In this document: positions 46,063-56,217 of the stretch, one piece after another
Position numbering within the stretch: position 1 is the stretch's first letter
Layout: every line of letters begins with the position of its first letter
IMG/VR virus record: IMGVR_UViG_2595698395_000001
Location: 8,370-72,369 of that record
Reading direction: 5' to 3' (one strand)
Origin: a virus
Taxonomy: Duplodnaviria; Caudoviricetes
DNA: 64,000 nt
Made by a program: the position numbers and the translations under genes
The notes under the pieces: model-generated
Told to the model about the DNA's origin: nothing
Database searches by the model: none
What the model saw: only the letters and a program-made list of their open reading frames with translations

Positions 46063-46545
46063 TTATATCTCTTTAGTTAAATTTAGTTTATAAGGTATTA
46101 AGTCCTCTATTTTATTTATTTCGTCATTAAAACAATCAATCCTATCTTTTAATTTATAGAATATTAAATCTGTAGAAGTTGAATGCTCTGTAATCCAATA
46201 AGAATACTCGCTATCATCACAAATCATAAAACCTGCAAACAAAACCTTTTCTTTTGCTTCCTCATATTCTCTTAAATCTTCCTCGTAACATTCTTGCGGA
46301 TATTTTTGCATTCCGAACTCTGGATTATAATCTGTACTTATAACTAAGTTTAAAGGAACTCCATCTTTACAAGGCACAAACATTTCTAGTTCTATTTCTT
46401 GTGATAGAAACTTAGCGTATTTGGCTATATCAAAATATCTTTTAGCTCTATTTGAGTTTTGGTGAGATAAAGATTGAACTTCGTAACCTTTTTGGTTTTC
46501 CATTTCAATAACATATTCAACCATTGTTTTATCTAGTACTTTCAT
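46063..46545 (-). CDS. Bacteroidota phage protein
   Basis: YAKFLSQ...L.MFVPC.DG...Y..AKEKVLF.GF. Confidence 0.65.
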   Translation of the reverse strand: MKVLDKTMVEYVIEMENQKGYEVQSLSHQNSNRAKRYFDIAKYAKFLSQEIELEMFVPCKDGVPLNLVISTDYNPEFGMQKYPQECYEEDLREYEEAKEKVLFAGFMICDDSEYSYWITEHSTSTDLIFYKLKDRIDCFNDEINKIEDLIPYKLNLTKEI

Positions 46546-46547
46546 AA

Positions 46548-46847
46548 CTATATATCTTGCTCGTTTAAATAACCAGATTCAATCCAAGAATTAATTTTAT
46601 CAATTATCCTTTGTTGTTTTAACTTTCCTTTTTTACTGTTACCAGATAATATAATCTTGTAATCTTCAATCGTTTTTAAAACACCGTCATCATCCTTAAA
46701 ATCTTTTAATTTATAATCTATTAATAATTCCTTTTTAGGTCTTATTATTTCTCTTCTAGATGAAGTAGGTCTTGCGTCACTAATTCCAAAAGACTCACTC
46801 ATTGCTGCCAATGCTATTAATGCATGAATTGACTTACTGTTTCTCAT
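46548..46847 (-). CDS. Hypothetical protein
   Basis: ORF track. Confidence 0.55.
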   Translation of the reverse strand: MRNSKSIHALIALAAMSESFGISDARPTSSRREIIRPKKELLIDYKLKDFKDDDGVLKTIEDYKIILSGNSKKGKLKQQRIIDKINSWIESGYLNEQDI

Positions 46848-46858
46848 AATTTATTTTT

Positions 46859-47059
46859 TTATTGATTATTAATTTCTTCTACTATATTTCTAACTAAATC
46901 TCTTGGGCTGCAGGTTTTTATCCAGAAGTCGAACGATTTTAATTTTGACATTGTACAACCTAGTCTAATTTCTTCTACAGGACCTTTTTTTAAGGTCATA
47001 GTTTGCTGCATTTTATTTAGCAGATTGAATGTTTTTGTTTCTTTTATTTGTTTTGTCAT
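46859..47059 (-). CDS. Hypothetical protein
   Basis: ORF track. Confidence 0.5.
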   Translation of the reverse strand: MTKQIKETKTFNLLNKMQQTMTLKKGPVEEIRLGCTMSKLKSFDFWIKTCSPRDLVRNIVEEINNQ

Positions 47060-47280
47060 GGCTTAAATAATAAATAACTGTTATTTCCTTCTCTTACTTT
47101 GATCAATTTATTTTCGTATAAATGATTCAATATGTCACGTAAAGAAGAAAAATCAATGTTCAACTGCATAGAAACTTGAACCGGAGTAATACCTGATTTG
47201 CCACCTGACTTTTCATGGTTAGCACCTATAGACTCTAATACCTTAGCAATTAATTCTTTATCCATAATACATATTAACAA
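47056..47280 (-). CDS. Small winged-helix protein
   Basis: LRDILNHLYENKLIKVREGNN; start probably MDKE; TAAGTTTG box at 47278-47285 on the minus strand. Confidence 0.55.
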   Translation of the reverse strand: MLICIMDKELIAKVLESIGANHEKSGGKSGITPVQVSMQLNIDFSSLRDILNHLYENKLIKVREGNNSYLLFKP

Positions 47281-47371
47281 ACTTATACTAAAATTTGATA
47301 CAATATAGTAAAAATGTATTGATTGTTTTTATTAACTTTGTTTTTAATATAAGTTTTATCTATACTACAAC

Positions 47372-48076
47372 ATGGCCTATTTAATTGACAGGATATATTC
47401 CACAGTAAAATTCTTTGTAAACACTGATGTTAGGGGCAATGTGAAGCCTTCTGATTTCGATAAAGCATTATTTGATGCTATACAAGGACGAAATGAAGAG
47501 TACTTTTCTGACATAAGTAGATTCATAAATAAGCAGAATAGAGGTTTAATGCCTAACTTTTTAGAGAATCTAGCAGATAGATTTAGAGAAAAAGTAAACC
47601 ATTACCTGGTTGACGAGGAAGATTTAGTGCTTGCATCAGAATCAACTAACAAATATGTGCTACCTGAAAACTATAGATACATAGACGAAATTTCCATTGC
47701 TGGCACAACTTCTTTTGAAGAATGCAAGAGCTCAAAGGAATTTAATATTGTAAAAACATTAGCAACAACACAATATCCTGCATTGCTTAAAGTAGGTAAC
47801 ACAATTAAAGTTTATCCAGAAACAACGGAAACCGTATCGATAACATACCTAAGAACAGTAAACTATCCTAAATGGACTAACGTTGTTGTTAACGGAACCG
47901 CATTGTTCAATCCTTCTGCTTCGGATTTTTCGGATGCAGACATACATCCAAGCGAAGAATTTGAAATTACAAGAAGAGTTTTGTTGGCGTTTGGAATAAA
48001 CCTTAAAGAGCAAGATATTCAACAAGTAGCAATGGCTCAGGAAAATACAGATTTCAATCAAGATAACGCTTCATAA
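47372..48076 (+). CDS. Tail ring/adaptor (tubular) protein
   Basis: IDRIYSTV....N...RG.V.P.DF, YLR....PKW, HPSEE; position. Confidence 0.65.
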   Translation: MAYLIDRIYSTVKFFVNTDVRGNVKPSDFDKALFDAIQGRNEEYFSDISRFINKQNRGLMPNFLENLADRFREKVNHYLVDEEDLVLASESTNKYVLPENYRYIDEISIAGTTSFEECKSSKEFNIVKTLATTQYPALLKVGNTIKVYPETTETVSITYLRTVNYPKWTNVVVNGTALFNPSASDFSDADIHPSEEFEITRRVLLAFGINLKEQDIQQVAMAQENTDFNQDNAS

Positions 48077-48078
48077 TT

Positions 48079-48888
48079 ATGCCGATCCAAACAGCACAAA
48101 CATATCACGAAAACGAAGACCTTCACGGAGGCTACCAATTTATAACGCTAAAAAGTGTTGTGGATCAAATGCTATTAAGAACTACAGACTCAGAAAACTA
48201 CTTAGCGAACACTAAGCGAAGTCTAATCGTAATGCAACTTAAGGATGTTCTGCAAGAGCTAACTCATGAAGTACAGAAAAACATAAAAGCTGTAGAAAGA
48301 ACCGTTGGCCCTTCTTTGAGATTTCCTTTAGAACAAGATTATGTTGATTGGGTTTCGGTTTCATTGGTTGGAGAGGATTTCAAATTATATCCTTTAAATA
48401 TAAACAACGATATACCGACAGCTATAAGCCACTTACAAGACAGTAACTACAACTTACTATTCGATAGCGAAGGAAACACGCTTAACGCTAATGGTATAAA
48501 CGCATACGGCAAACCTTATAAGAAGTATTCTTTTTGTTTTCATGGCAGCCAAGGAAACTTAGACACTTCTAAGTTGTCAATGTATGGAGAATTTGTAATA
48601 GACAAAAAGAACATACTTTTTTCTTCGGACTTACTAGATAAAGAGGTTGTTATTCATTATTTATCTGATGGATTAGAATTGTATAATTTAAAAGAAGAGG
48701 AAATTGAGATTCCAAAAATGCTTAAAACAGTATTAACTCAATGGGCTTACTTCAATATTATATCTGAAAGGAGAACTGTTCCTGCTAATGAAAAAGAAAG
48801 GGCAAAAAAAGCATACCAATCATCATTACATAAAGCTAAAATACAGAAATCTAATTTCAGCTTAAGAGAAATATTTAGACTAGCGTAG
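48079..48888 (+). CDS. Second tail ring/tubular protein
   Basis: GGYQFITL..VV, L.QDYVDWV, V.IHYLSDGL, VPANEK.R. Confidence 0.65.
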   Translation: MPIQTAQTYHENEDLHGGYQFITLKSVVDQMLLRTTDSENYLANTKRSLIVMQLKDVLQELTHEVQKNIKAVERTVGPSLRFPLEQDYVDWVSVSLVGEDFKLYPLNINNDIPTAISHLQDSNYNLLFDSEGNTLNANGINAYGKPYKKYSFCFHGSQGNLDTSKLSMYGEFVIDKKNILFSSDLLDKEVVIHYLSDGLELYNLKEEEIEIPKMLKTVLTQWAYFNIISERRTVPANEKERAKKAYQSSLHKAKIQKSNFSLREIFRLA

Positions 48889-48907
48889 TCAACCAAAATT
48901 ATATAAA

Positions 48908-51900
48908 ATGAAGAAGTCTTTCGTAAATGGTAGAATGAATTTAGACATCGACAACAGATTGTTGGAGGATGGAGACTACCGCGAAGCAACCAATATAGAA
49001 GTTGTTAACTCAGAGGGATCGGATGTTGGGGCTATAGAAAACTCCTTGTCTAACAAAAAGTTGACTTCTATTGATTTTGGTGCCAATCCTATTGAGATAG
49101 GTAAATACGAAGATGAATTTAGAGACAATCTGTATTGGTTCGTAAAATCTGATACAGGAACATTTTTAATTGAATGGGATGAAACCAACAAAGTTTCGAG
49201 TACTGTACTTAAAGATACTAGAACCGAAGATGTTGATAGGGTTTTAAACATAAAAGAAGATTTTTTAATAACCGGCATTGTTAAAGTACTAAGCGAAGAT
49301 CCAGAAAAGGATTTATTGATGTGGACTGACAACAATATGAATATTTGTTGCATTAATATTTCCAGAGCAAAAACATGGGGCGAGAACAATTTTGAAGAAG
49401 AAGATATTTTCTTAATCAAAAAGCAACCAAAATTCGCCCCAAAAATTACACCTACATACTCTTCTGAGGAAAGCAATTACTTGGAAGAGATATTTATGTC
49501 TTTTGGTTACAGATACAAATACTTAGACGGTGAAAGAAGTGCTGTTTCTACATACTCCAACTATAACTTTAATCCAGGTAAATTCAAAATGGATTACCAG
49601 TCTATGGAAAACATAGGCATGGTGAACGCTTTTAACGCGGCTAGAATCACTTTTGATACGGGACCAAAACAAGTTACTGATATTGAGATTATATCAAAGC
49701 AGAGCAACTCTAATAACCTATACCTTATAACTTCATTCAATAAAGAAGAAGAGGGATGGGCTGACGACGTAGATAAGAATTATGTATTCTCTAACAATAA
49801 AATCTACCAAATTTTGGCAGAGAAAGAGCTATACAGAACTTTTGACAATGTGCCTAGAAAAGCTAAGGCATTAACCTTAACAGAAAACATACCGACAATA
49901 GGAAACTACGTAGAAGGATATGATATTGTAGACGAAGACGACAACTCAATTAAAATGGACTACACTATAGATGTGAAGTCAAATGATGTAAGTGGTGAGG
50001 AATTATCAAACTCTATAGGAGCAACGGAAACTACTTTTACATTTACAATACCAACAACAATAGAATTAAACCAAAATACGCGTCTTATTTTTAACTTAGA
50101 CCTTGGTAATTCATTATACGATGGTGAATACTTAGACACACTAGAGTATATTCTTACAGAAGATTTTGATAACGCAGCAGGATTGGCCGCTAACGATGAT
50201 TTTAAGTTTTTTATAGGAACCATATTGACAGCTAAATTCATAACTGAATACGATATTGATGTTGATGACGCATGGACTTTATCTAGTAACATTCCTTTTT
50301 CTGTATCTGGAAGCACAACAACTACAATAACTATAAAGGCGATAACCTTAGTTTATACCGTAGATGATACTCCTAATGATCCTGGAGATAACCCTACTAA
50401 TACACATACAGAAAACCTATTGTTTAAATTCAATAGCGGATCAAGTGCATTTTTTAGCAATGTAGAGACAGTATCAAGTTGTAAAACGAATAGAGAATAT
50501 GAAGTAGGTATAATTTATCAAGATAAATGGGGTAGAAAATCTACAGTTCTAACATCTTTGAATAATACTATTTATATTCCTCAAGAACTAAGCACTTTAC
50601 AAAACAAGCTTCTAATAAACATAAATCACAATGCTCCTTATTGGGCAGACTCTTATAAATTAGTAGTAAAATCAGATGCATTACAGTATCAGACCATCTA
50701 TGCTACAGTTTACTATCCAGATGGTGTTTATAGATGGGTTAAGCTAGAAGGAGCCAACAGAGACAAGGTTAAAGAAGGAGATACTTTAATTGTTAAATCT
50801 GATCTTAATGGACCTATAACCTCTTTAATTAAAACAAGAGTGTTAGAAGTTGTAAATAAGGAGAAAGATTTTATAGAAGGAAATACCGATTCCGAAGACA
50901 ACGATATTATTGAAGAATCTGGACTTCACATGAAAATAAAGCCTAGTGGATATGATATGTCTTATTCTGAAAATGCTATTATAAATATTGACCAAGTAAG
51001 ATCAGCAGGGAAAAACAGGCAAGAAAAATTTATTAACGAAAACATACTAGAAGCATTTTTCGGTGACGAAGCAAAAAGAACAGCCTGGAAAAACTCTACT
51101 GGTAATAACGATTTAAAGAAACCTGCAGTAGTAATAAAAGACTTCAATAGCTATAGCGAAGACGGTACTTTTGAAAATGCTATTGAAATTGTGGCAGGAA
51201 GTAAAATAAACATATTCCTTAAGGTAGCAGAAGACGGTAATGGCCCAGAATTCAATAAAGAATACATTGTTGCGTCTACTTATGACAACATAAAAGATTG
51301 GTGGGAAGAAGAAGTTGTAGACTTAGGATCTGTAGATGATGAATTTGACCTTAATTTTGAGGAAGTAGGAGGTGAGGTAAGAATACTTATTCAAGGAGAT
51401 AATACCGGAAGTCCTGCAAGCAAAAAACAATCTGTATTAACTGTAGTTATAGATGCGATACTAGTTGAAGGACTTGTTGTTTTTGAAACAGAAACAAAAC
51501 AATCAGAAGACTTTAAGTTTTACGAGACCGAACAAACTTTTGAAATAATAGACGGTAAGCATCAAGGTAATTCTCAAAACCAAACTAGCTCACTACCTGC
51601 GATTATAGACTTAGATTTCTTTAATTGCTATGTACAAGGAAATGGCGTTGAAAGTTTTAGGATTAAAGATGCAGCAAACTCAAACTTCCTAAACATTGAT
51701 TTAAAGCCTACTGCAACATCTATAGAAAAATACAAAGAAACTAGAAGGTTCGCAGATTTAACATACGGAGAAGGATATGTTGAAGAAACTAATATGAATG
51801 GATTGAATGTATTTAATACGTCTCAATTAAACTTTAAATTATTAGAAAAACAGAACGGACCTATACAATTCTTATTTACAAGAGATAGAAATATAGTTGT

Positions 51901-53749
51901 TTGGCAGGGAGATAAAGCCGGATATGTTTTATTTGGAAGAGATTTACTTACAATGGCTAACGGAGATACTGTTCTTTCTGGAACCCCTGAAATATTAGGT
52001 GAATATGTTCCATACCAAGGCGAAAACGGATGTGGAGAAAATCCAGAAAGTATTGCATGGGATTCTTATAGATTCTACTATGTAAATCCAAAAATGGGAA
52101 CACCAATTAGACTATCTATTGACGGTACCAGTGAGATAAACTATGGAATGGTAAATTTCTTTAGAGAGTTATTCATTAATAACCCTAGTTCTAAAAAATT
52201 AGGTGGATATGATCCATACCACAAAAAATATGTTTTATCAACAGAAGATGAAGACTTAACAGTATTCAATGCTTATTGCGGAAATACAATAACAAAAGAT
52301 ATTACTGAGGCTTTTACATACATATTGAATTTAAACAATTTATCAGGAGAAGTTTCCTTAAACTACAATATTACTTCGGGCAACGCGACGATACAGGCTG
52401 TGTTTGACAATGACATATCAGTATTAAGTAATGTAACTGGCTCCGGAGTATTAACGTTCGATAGAGATAACCTAAATGTAGATACAGCAACAATCACAGT
52501 TACTCCAATAACGGATAGCGCGACTATACAATTAACAAACAATTGTCCGGTTGGCTCCGCTATGAAATTAATAACAATCGTTACTAATGACGAAGGAGAT
52601 ATTGGAGATACAATAATAAACAGATTCAAAAAAGCTTCTGGAACATACTATGGAGGTACACATTATTTTGAATTAGCTCCGGTTAGCGAGTTTACGGTAG
52701 AATCAGGAACAGAAGGAGTTGGAAAATTCCCTTCAAGTGGTGAGACAATAACATTACAATCATTTAAAGATACCCTAAGTACTGCATTTTTTAATGAAGC
52801 ACAATTAAATAGACTTGGATATTTAGTATCTAGCACACTTTATACTCAAGCGCAAATAAATACCATTTTAGCGGCAGCAAGCTACTTATCAATAACCAAA
52901 AATATTGTATCTGCTAATTCAGAAACCAACACAGGAAGTTTTGTTTTTAATAGACCTAATTCAAACGAAAACCTTTATTTGATTTTTGATTATGAAGATA
53001 AAAACGAGGCTCCAATAGCGGTTGCCGATTCAGTTAGTGTAAACAAAGGAGATTCTGTTATAATTAACGTACTAGATAACGATTCAGATCCAGATGGAGA
53101 CGATTTAACAGTTATAATTGTTACACAGCCTTTATATGGAACAGCAGTTTTAAATGCTAACGGAACCATAACATATAGTCACAACGGAAGTGATAACCTA
53201 ACTGATATTATTACATACAAAGTAAACGATGGTAACGAAGACAGTAACACCGTTTCAGTAGATATATCAGTAGGAGTTGATTGTAGCGCAGGAATAACAG
53301 CTAGTGGAGGTATTGGTATATACGAGGCTATTATTGTACTAGGAACAGGATTAGGTTCTTCTGGAATATCATATAATGCATATTCTATTCCTGATAGATT
53401 CCAAATAGAGTATGATGGAGTTATAGTAGCTGATTCTAAATTTGTCGGAAGTGGAATTACAGGTGATCCATCTACATATAATGTTAATGGGAACAACATA
53501 ATTGGAACACATGAGGATTTGCCTGTATATGGTTTTAACGGAGTTAGTTTTGATGCGACAGGAGAAAACAGAACTGTTACGGTTGTTCAGAATGATATTG
53601 CTAATGGAACAACAGAGCCTAGAGGTGGAGTAGGTTCTATCACTTTTAATAAAACAACAGCAACTCCAACAACAATGAAAATAATAATAACTGCTCCTAT
53701 TGGTTCTACATCTTGGAACTTATCAGGAATTTGCCCATCAAACGTATAA
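48908..53749 (+). CDS. Tail nozzle/stabilisation protein (P22 gp10-like position) with C-terminal Ig/cadherin-like domain
   Basis: SFVNGRMNLD.D.RL...G.YREA.NI, FGYRYKY.DGE.S, GC..NPES, GGYDPY; APIAVADS...NVLDNDSDPDGD. Confidence 0.75.
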   Translation: MKKSFVNGRMNLDIDNRLLEDGDYREATNIEVVNSEGSDVGAIENSLSNKKLTSIDFGANPIEIGKYEDEFRDNLYWFVKSDTGTFLIEWDETNKVSSTVLKDTRTEDVDRVLNIKEDFLITGIVKVLSEDPEKDLLMWTDNNMNICCINISRAKTWGENNFEEEDIFLIKKQPKFAPKITPTYSSEESNYLEEIFMSFGYRYKYLDGERSAVSTYSNYNFNPGKFKMDYQSMENIGMVNAFNAARITFDTGPKQVTDIEIISKQSNSNNLYLITSFNKEEEGWADDVDKNYVFSNNKIYQILAEKELYRTFDNVPRKAKALTLTENIPTIGNYVEGYDIVDEDDNSIKMDYTIDVKSNDVSGEELSNSIGATETTFTFTIPTTIELNQNTRLIFNLDLGNSLYDGEYLDTLEYILTEDFDNAAGLAANDDFKFFIGTILTAKFITEYDIDVDDAWTLSSNIPFSVSGSTTTTITIKAITLVYTVDDTPNDPGDNPTNTHTENLLFKFNSGSSAFFSNVETVSSCKTNREYEVGIIYQDKWGRKSTVLTSLNNTIYIPQELSTLQNKLLININHNAPYWADSYKLVVKSDALQYQTIYATVYYPDGVYRWVKLEGANRDKVKEGDTLIVKSDLNGPITSLIKTRVLEVVNKEKDFIEGNTDSEDNDIIEESGLHMKIKPSGYDMSYSENAIINIDQVRSAGKNRQEKFINENILEAFFGDEAKRTAWKNSTGNNDLKKPAVVIKDFNSYSEDGTFENAIEIVAGSKINIFLKVAEDGNGPEFNKEYIVASTYDNIKDWWEEEVVDLGSVDDEFDLNFEEVGGEVRILIQGDNTGSPASKKQSVLTVVIDAILVEGLVVFETETKQSEDFKFYETEQTFEIIDGKHQGNSQNQTSSLPAIIDLDFFNCYVQGNGVESFRIKDAANSNFLNIDLKPTATSIEKYKETRRFADLTYGEGYVEETNMNGLNVFNTSQLNFKLLEKQNGPIQFLFTRDRNIVVWQGDKAGYVLFGRDLLTMANGDTVLSGTPEILGEYVPYQGENGCGENPESIAWDSYRFYYVNPKMGTPIRLSIDGTSEINYGMVNFFRELFINNPSSKKLGGYDPYHKKYVLSTEDEDLTVFNAYCGNTITKDITEAFTYILNLNNLSGEVSLNYNITSGNATIQAVFDNDISVLSNVTGSGVLTFDRDNLNVDTATITVTPITDSATIQLTNNCPVGSAMKLITIVTNDEGDIGDTIINRFKKASGTYYGGTHYFELAPVSEFTVESGTEGVGKFPSSGETITLQSFKDTLSTAFFNEAQLNRLGYLVSSTLYTQAQINTILAAASYLSITKNIVSANSETNTGSFVFNRPNSNENLYLIFDYEDKNEAPIAVADSVSVNKGDSVIINVLDNDSDPDGDDLTVIIVTQPLYGTAVLNANGTITYSHNGSDNLTDIITYKVNDGNEDSNTVSVDISVGVDCSAGITASGGIGIYEAIIVLGTGLGSSGISYNAYSIPDRFQIEYDGVIVADSKFVGSGITGDPSTYNVNGNNIIGTHEDLPVYGFNGVSFDATGENRTVTVVQNDIANGTTEPRGGVGSITFNKTTATPTTMKIIITAPIGSTSWNLSGICPSNV

Positions 53750-53752
53750 ACC

Positions 53753-54478
53753 ATGCCAAAGACAATAACATATTCAGAAAAAAATAAAGGATGGACTAGT
53801 TTCTTTGACTTCTATCCTGGTTTGTTGTGCAATCTAAACAACCGATTCTTTAGTGTAAAGGAAGGCCAACTTTATTTACACAATGACAAGGATAATTCTA
53901 CTAGAAACAATTTCTATGGGGAGCAATTTAATTCCAAGATAAAAACTGTTTTAAACGAGGCCCCAAGTCAAGATAAGGTTTTTAAAAACTTAATACTAGA
54001 AGGAGATCATTCATGGAGCGCGGATTTAAAAACTAATTATTCAGGATCAACAATTGAAAAGTCGGAGTTTAACGCAATAGAATCAAGACACTTTGCTTAT
54101 TTGCGTAAAAACGAAGACGAAACCGATTTAAACGGAGGTTCTGCGGTGGGCGTAGGTGTTATACAAAGTATAACTGGAAGCAATATAACTTTTACGGGAA
54201 TATCTAACGCTATAAACATCGGAGACAACTTATATCAGATAAACGGCAGTGAAAACGAACTGATTGGTGAAATAATAGATAATGCAAACGGGATATTAAC
54301 AATAGACACATTCACCACTACCCCTGTTAACGGATATTTTTGTTTCGCTAAAAAAGATTCAAGAATTGAAGGCGGTGAAATACGCGGTTACTACATGGAG
54401 GTTGAATTAGAAAACACAGATACCGAAGCTGTAGAGTTATTCGCAATTGAAAGTACTGCAATTAAAAGCTACGTGTAA
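53753..54478 (+). CDS. Tail protein, probable nozzle C-terminal part encoded separately
   Basis: TITYSE..KGWTSF, RNNFYG.Q, KVFK.L.LEG, IRGYYMEV.L. Confidence 0.6.
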   Translation: MPKTITYSEKNKGWTSFFDFYPGLLCNLNNRFFSVKEGQLYLHNDKDNSTRNNFYGEQFNSKIKTVLNEAPSQDKVFKNLILEGDHSWSADLKTNYSGSTIEKSEFNAIESRHFAYLRKNEDETDLNGGSAVGVGVIQSITGSNITFTGISNAINIGDNLYQINGSENELIGEIIDNANGILTIDTFTTTPVNGYFCFAKKDSRIEGGEIRGYYMEVELENTDTEAVELFAIESTAIKSYV

Positions 54479-54888
54479 TGAAAACAAGATTATTAGAAAA
54501 TTCGGATTACGAAACTTTAGTTACTTGGTGGGGTCAAAATAGATTTCCTTCCCCTAACTTTGATGATTTACCAACAGTAAACGGAGAACTTCAAGGAGTA
54601 ATGGTTTACTTTGAAGATGTTGAAATATGCGCAGGTTTTATCATAAATACCACCGTAAAAAATGGGGCAATGATTGAATATATTGTTGCAAATTTCAATG
54701 TAAAAGACAAACAACTTAGAAAGGATGCCATAAAATTACTTACAGATACATTGTGTGACTTAGGCAGAAATATGGGAAAAAAGTATTTATTTACCAGTGT
54801 TAAGAATAAAGGACTGGTAGATAAGTTGTTATATTCTGGATTTTCTAAAGGAAGTACAGGAACAATTGAAATGATTAAGATAATTTAA
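54478..54888 (+). CDS. GNAT-fold acetyltransferase-like protein
   Basis: DYETLV.WW, ICAGFI, R..AIKLL, LGF-like end; position typical of podovirus tail assembly genes. Confidence 0.6.
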   Translation: MKTRLLENSDYETLVTWWGQNRFPSPNFDDLPTVNGELQGVMVYFEDVEICAGFIINTTVKNGAMIEYIVANFNVKDKQLRKDAIKLLTDTLCDLGRNMGKKYLFTSVKNKGLVDKLLYSGFSKGSTGTIEMIKII

Positions 54889-55016
54889 AATTAGCTAGTC
54901 TTTCCTAGCAGTCATATTGACCTATCCCTTAAGCTATTAATCTCGACTAGCGAGGGGGATTCGAACCCCATTTAGATACCAATTCTCAATAAACGAGCAG
55001 AATCGAACTGCATTAG

Positions 55017-55088
55017 AGTTGTTGGTGAGATTCGAACTCACGATATTAGTTTTGCAGACTAACCTCTTAACCACTTGAGTACAACAAC
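55017..55088 (-). tRNA. trnC: tRNA-Cys (GCA), CCA not encoded
   Basis: GTTGTTG/CAACAAC acceptor, TTAGT-CTGCAAA-ACTAA anticodon arm, GTGAG-TTCGAAT-CTCAC T-arm, U discriminator; TAAATTTG promoter at 55149-55156 on the minus strand. Confidence 0.9.
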
Positions 55089-55156
55089 ATAAAATATCCA
55101 AAAAACAATATTTTACACTTCTCTGTTATTTTAATTATTTATTTTTATCAAATTTA

Positions 55157-55190
55157 AAAGCTAGTCTAAATTAATAGACTAGCTTTTTTT
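55157..55190. terminator. Bidirectional intrinsic terminator
   Basis: AAAGCTAGTCTA-aattaa-TAGACTAGCTTTTTTT. Confidence 0.8.
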
Positions 55191-55193
55191 GTT

Positions 55194-55397
55194 TTAGTTC
55201 TCTTCGTAAGTATATTGATGAGAACATCTAGTCTCATAGCTAGTATAAGAAAATACGTATAAAAAGGTTTTCTCTACTTTGTAAACTTTACAAACTCTAT
55301 TTGTGTCTGGATCCTTCGCTTGAGCATCTACGCTTGTAGGTGTTACTGTAAATAACAAGACGAACAAAGCTCCTAATAATAAAATTGATTTCTTCAT
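55194..55397 (-). CDS. Small secreted peptide (moron with own promoter and terminator)
   Basis: Signal ...SVDA-Q; two Cys; TATGTTTG box at 55424-55431 on the minus strand. Confidence 0.65.
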   Translation of the reverse strand: MKKSILLLGALFVLLFTVTPTSVDAQAKDPDTNRVCKVYKVEKTFLYVFSYTSYETRCSHQYTYEEN

Positions 55398-55538
55398 GAT
55401 AACTGATTGTTTTTAGTTTGACACAAACATACAATATTAAAATTAATATAACAATACTAAATATCTATTACATAATACATTAGTATAATTAAAATTTATA
55501 CTTAACTTTGTACTAAGTACATTTAAAATACAAAAATC

Positions 55539-56216
55539 ATGGCCGCAGCAACAGCTTTAGCAATCGCAGGAGCAGCACAAGGAGGATTCCAATTGTTCCA
55601 AGGGATAAAACAAACCAAAGAAGCAAAAGAAGCATTAGCTAATTTTGAAAGGCAAGAATTAGAAAACGTATATGAAGACCAAGGTATTTCTACCATTGGA
55701 TCTAATTTAATGCGCGAAGAATCTGGAAGAACTTCCGCTTCATTAGTCGATGCTTCAAGAAACGCAGGAATAAGAGGTGTTTTCGGATCGATTCCAAAGA
55801 TAGCCTCCCAAACAAATTCTCAAAATAGAGAATCACAATTATACCTAGACAACCAAGTTCAAAACAGAAACAGATTAGTCGCTCAGGATAATCAACGTAT
55901 TCAGGGAATGCAAGAAGCTAGAGATAATCAAGAACTTCAGGGCATAGGTCAACTTAGACAAACTGGTCAAGAAAACACATTTAGCGGAATAAGAGGTGTT
56001 GGTAATTCCGCAATGTCTATTGCTAACATAATAAGTGAAATAACTCCGAAAATTGACTCAGCTGTAGTTTCAGATACGGCACAAGCGCAAGCTAATACAT
56101 TGGCTCCTACTGGAAACACAAACATTACTGGAGACTTATCTGGTCTTCAAAGGTACCAACAAATGAAACAGGAAGAAGAAGTTTATAAATCACACTTAAC
56201 AAGAGGCATATTTTAA
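55539..56216 (+). CDS. Internal virion/ejection protein (Ala/Gly/Gln-rich)
   Basis: MAAATALAIAGAAQGG N-terminus; position. Confidence 0.7.
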   Translation: MAAATALAIAGAAQGGFQLFQGIKQTKEAKEALANFERQELENVYEDQGISTIGSNLMREESGRTSASLVDASRNAGIRGVFGSIPKIASQTNSQNRESQLYLDNQVQNRNRLVAQDNQRIQGMQEARDNQELQGIGQLRQTGQENTFSGIRGVGNSAMSIANIISEITPKIDSAVVSDTAQAQANTLAPTGNTNITGDLSGLQRYQQMKQEEEVYKSHLTRGIF

Positions 56217-56217
56217 A

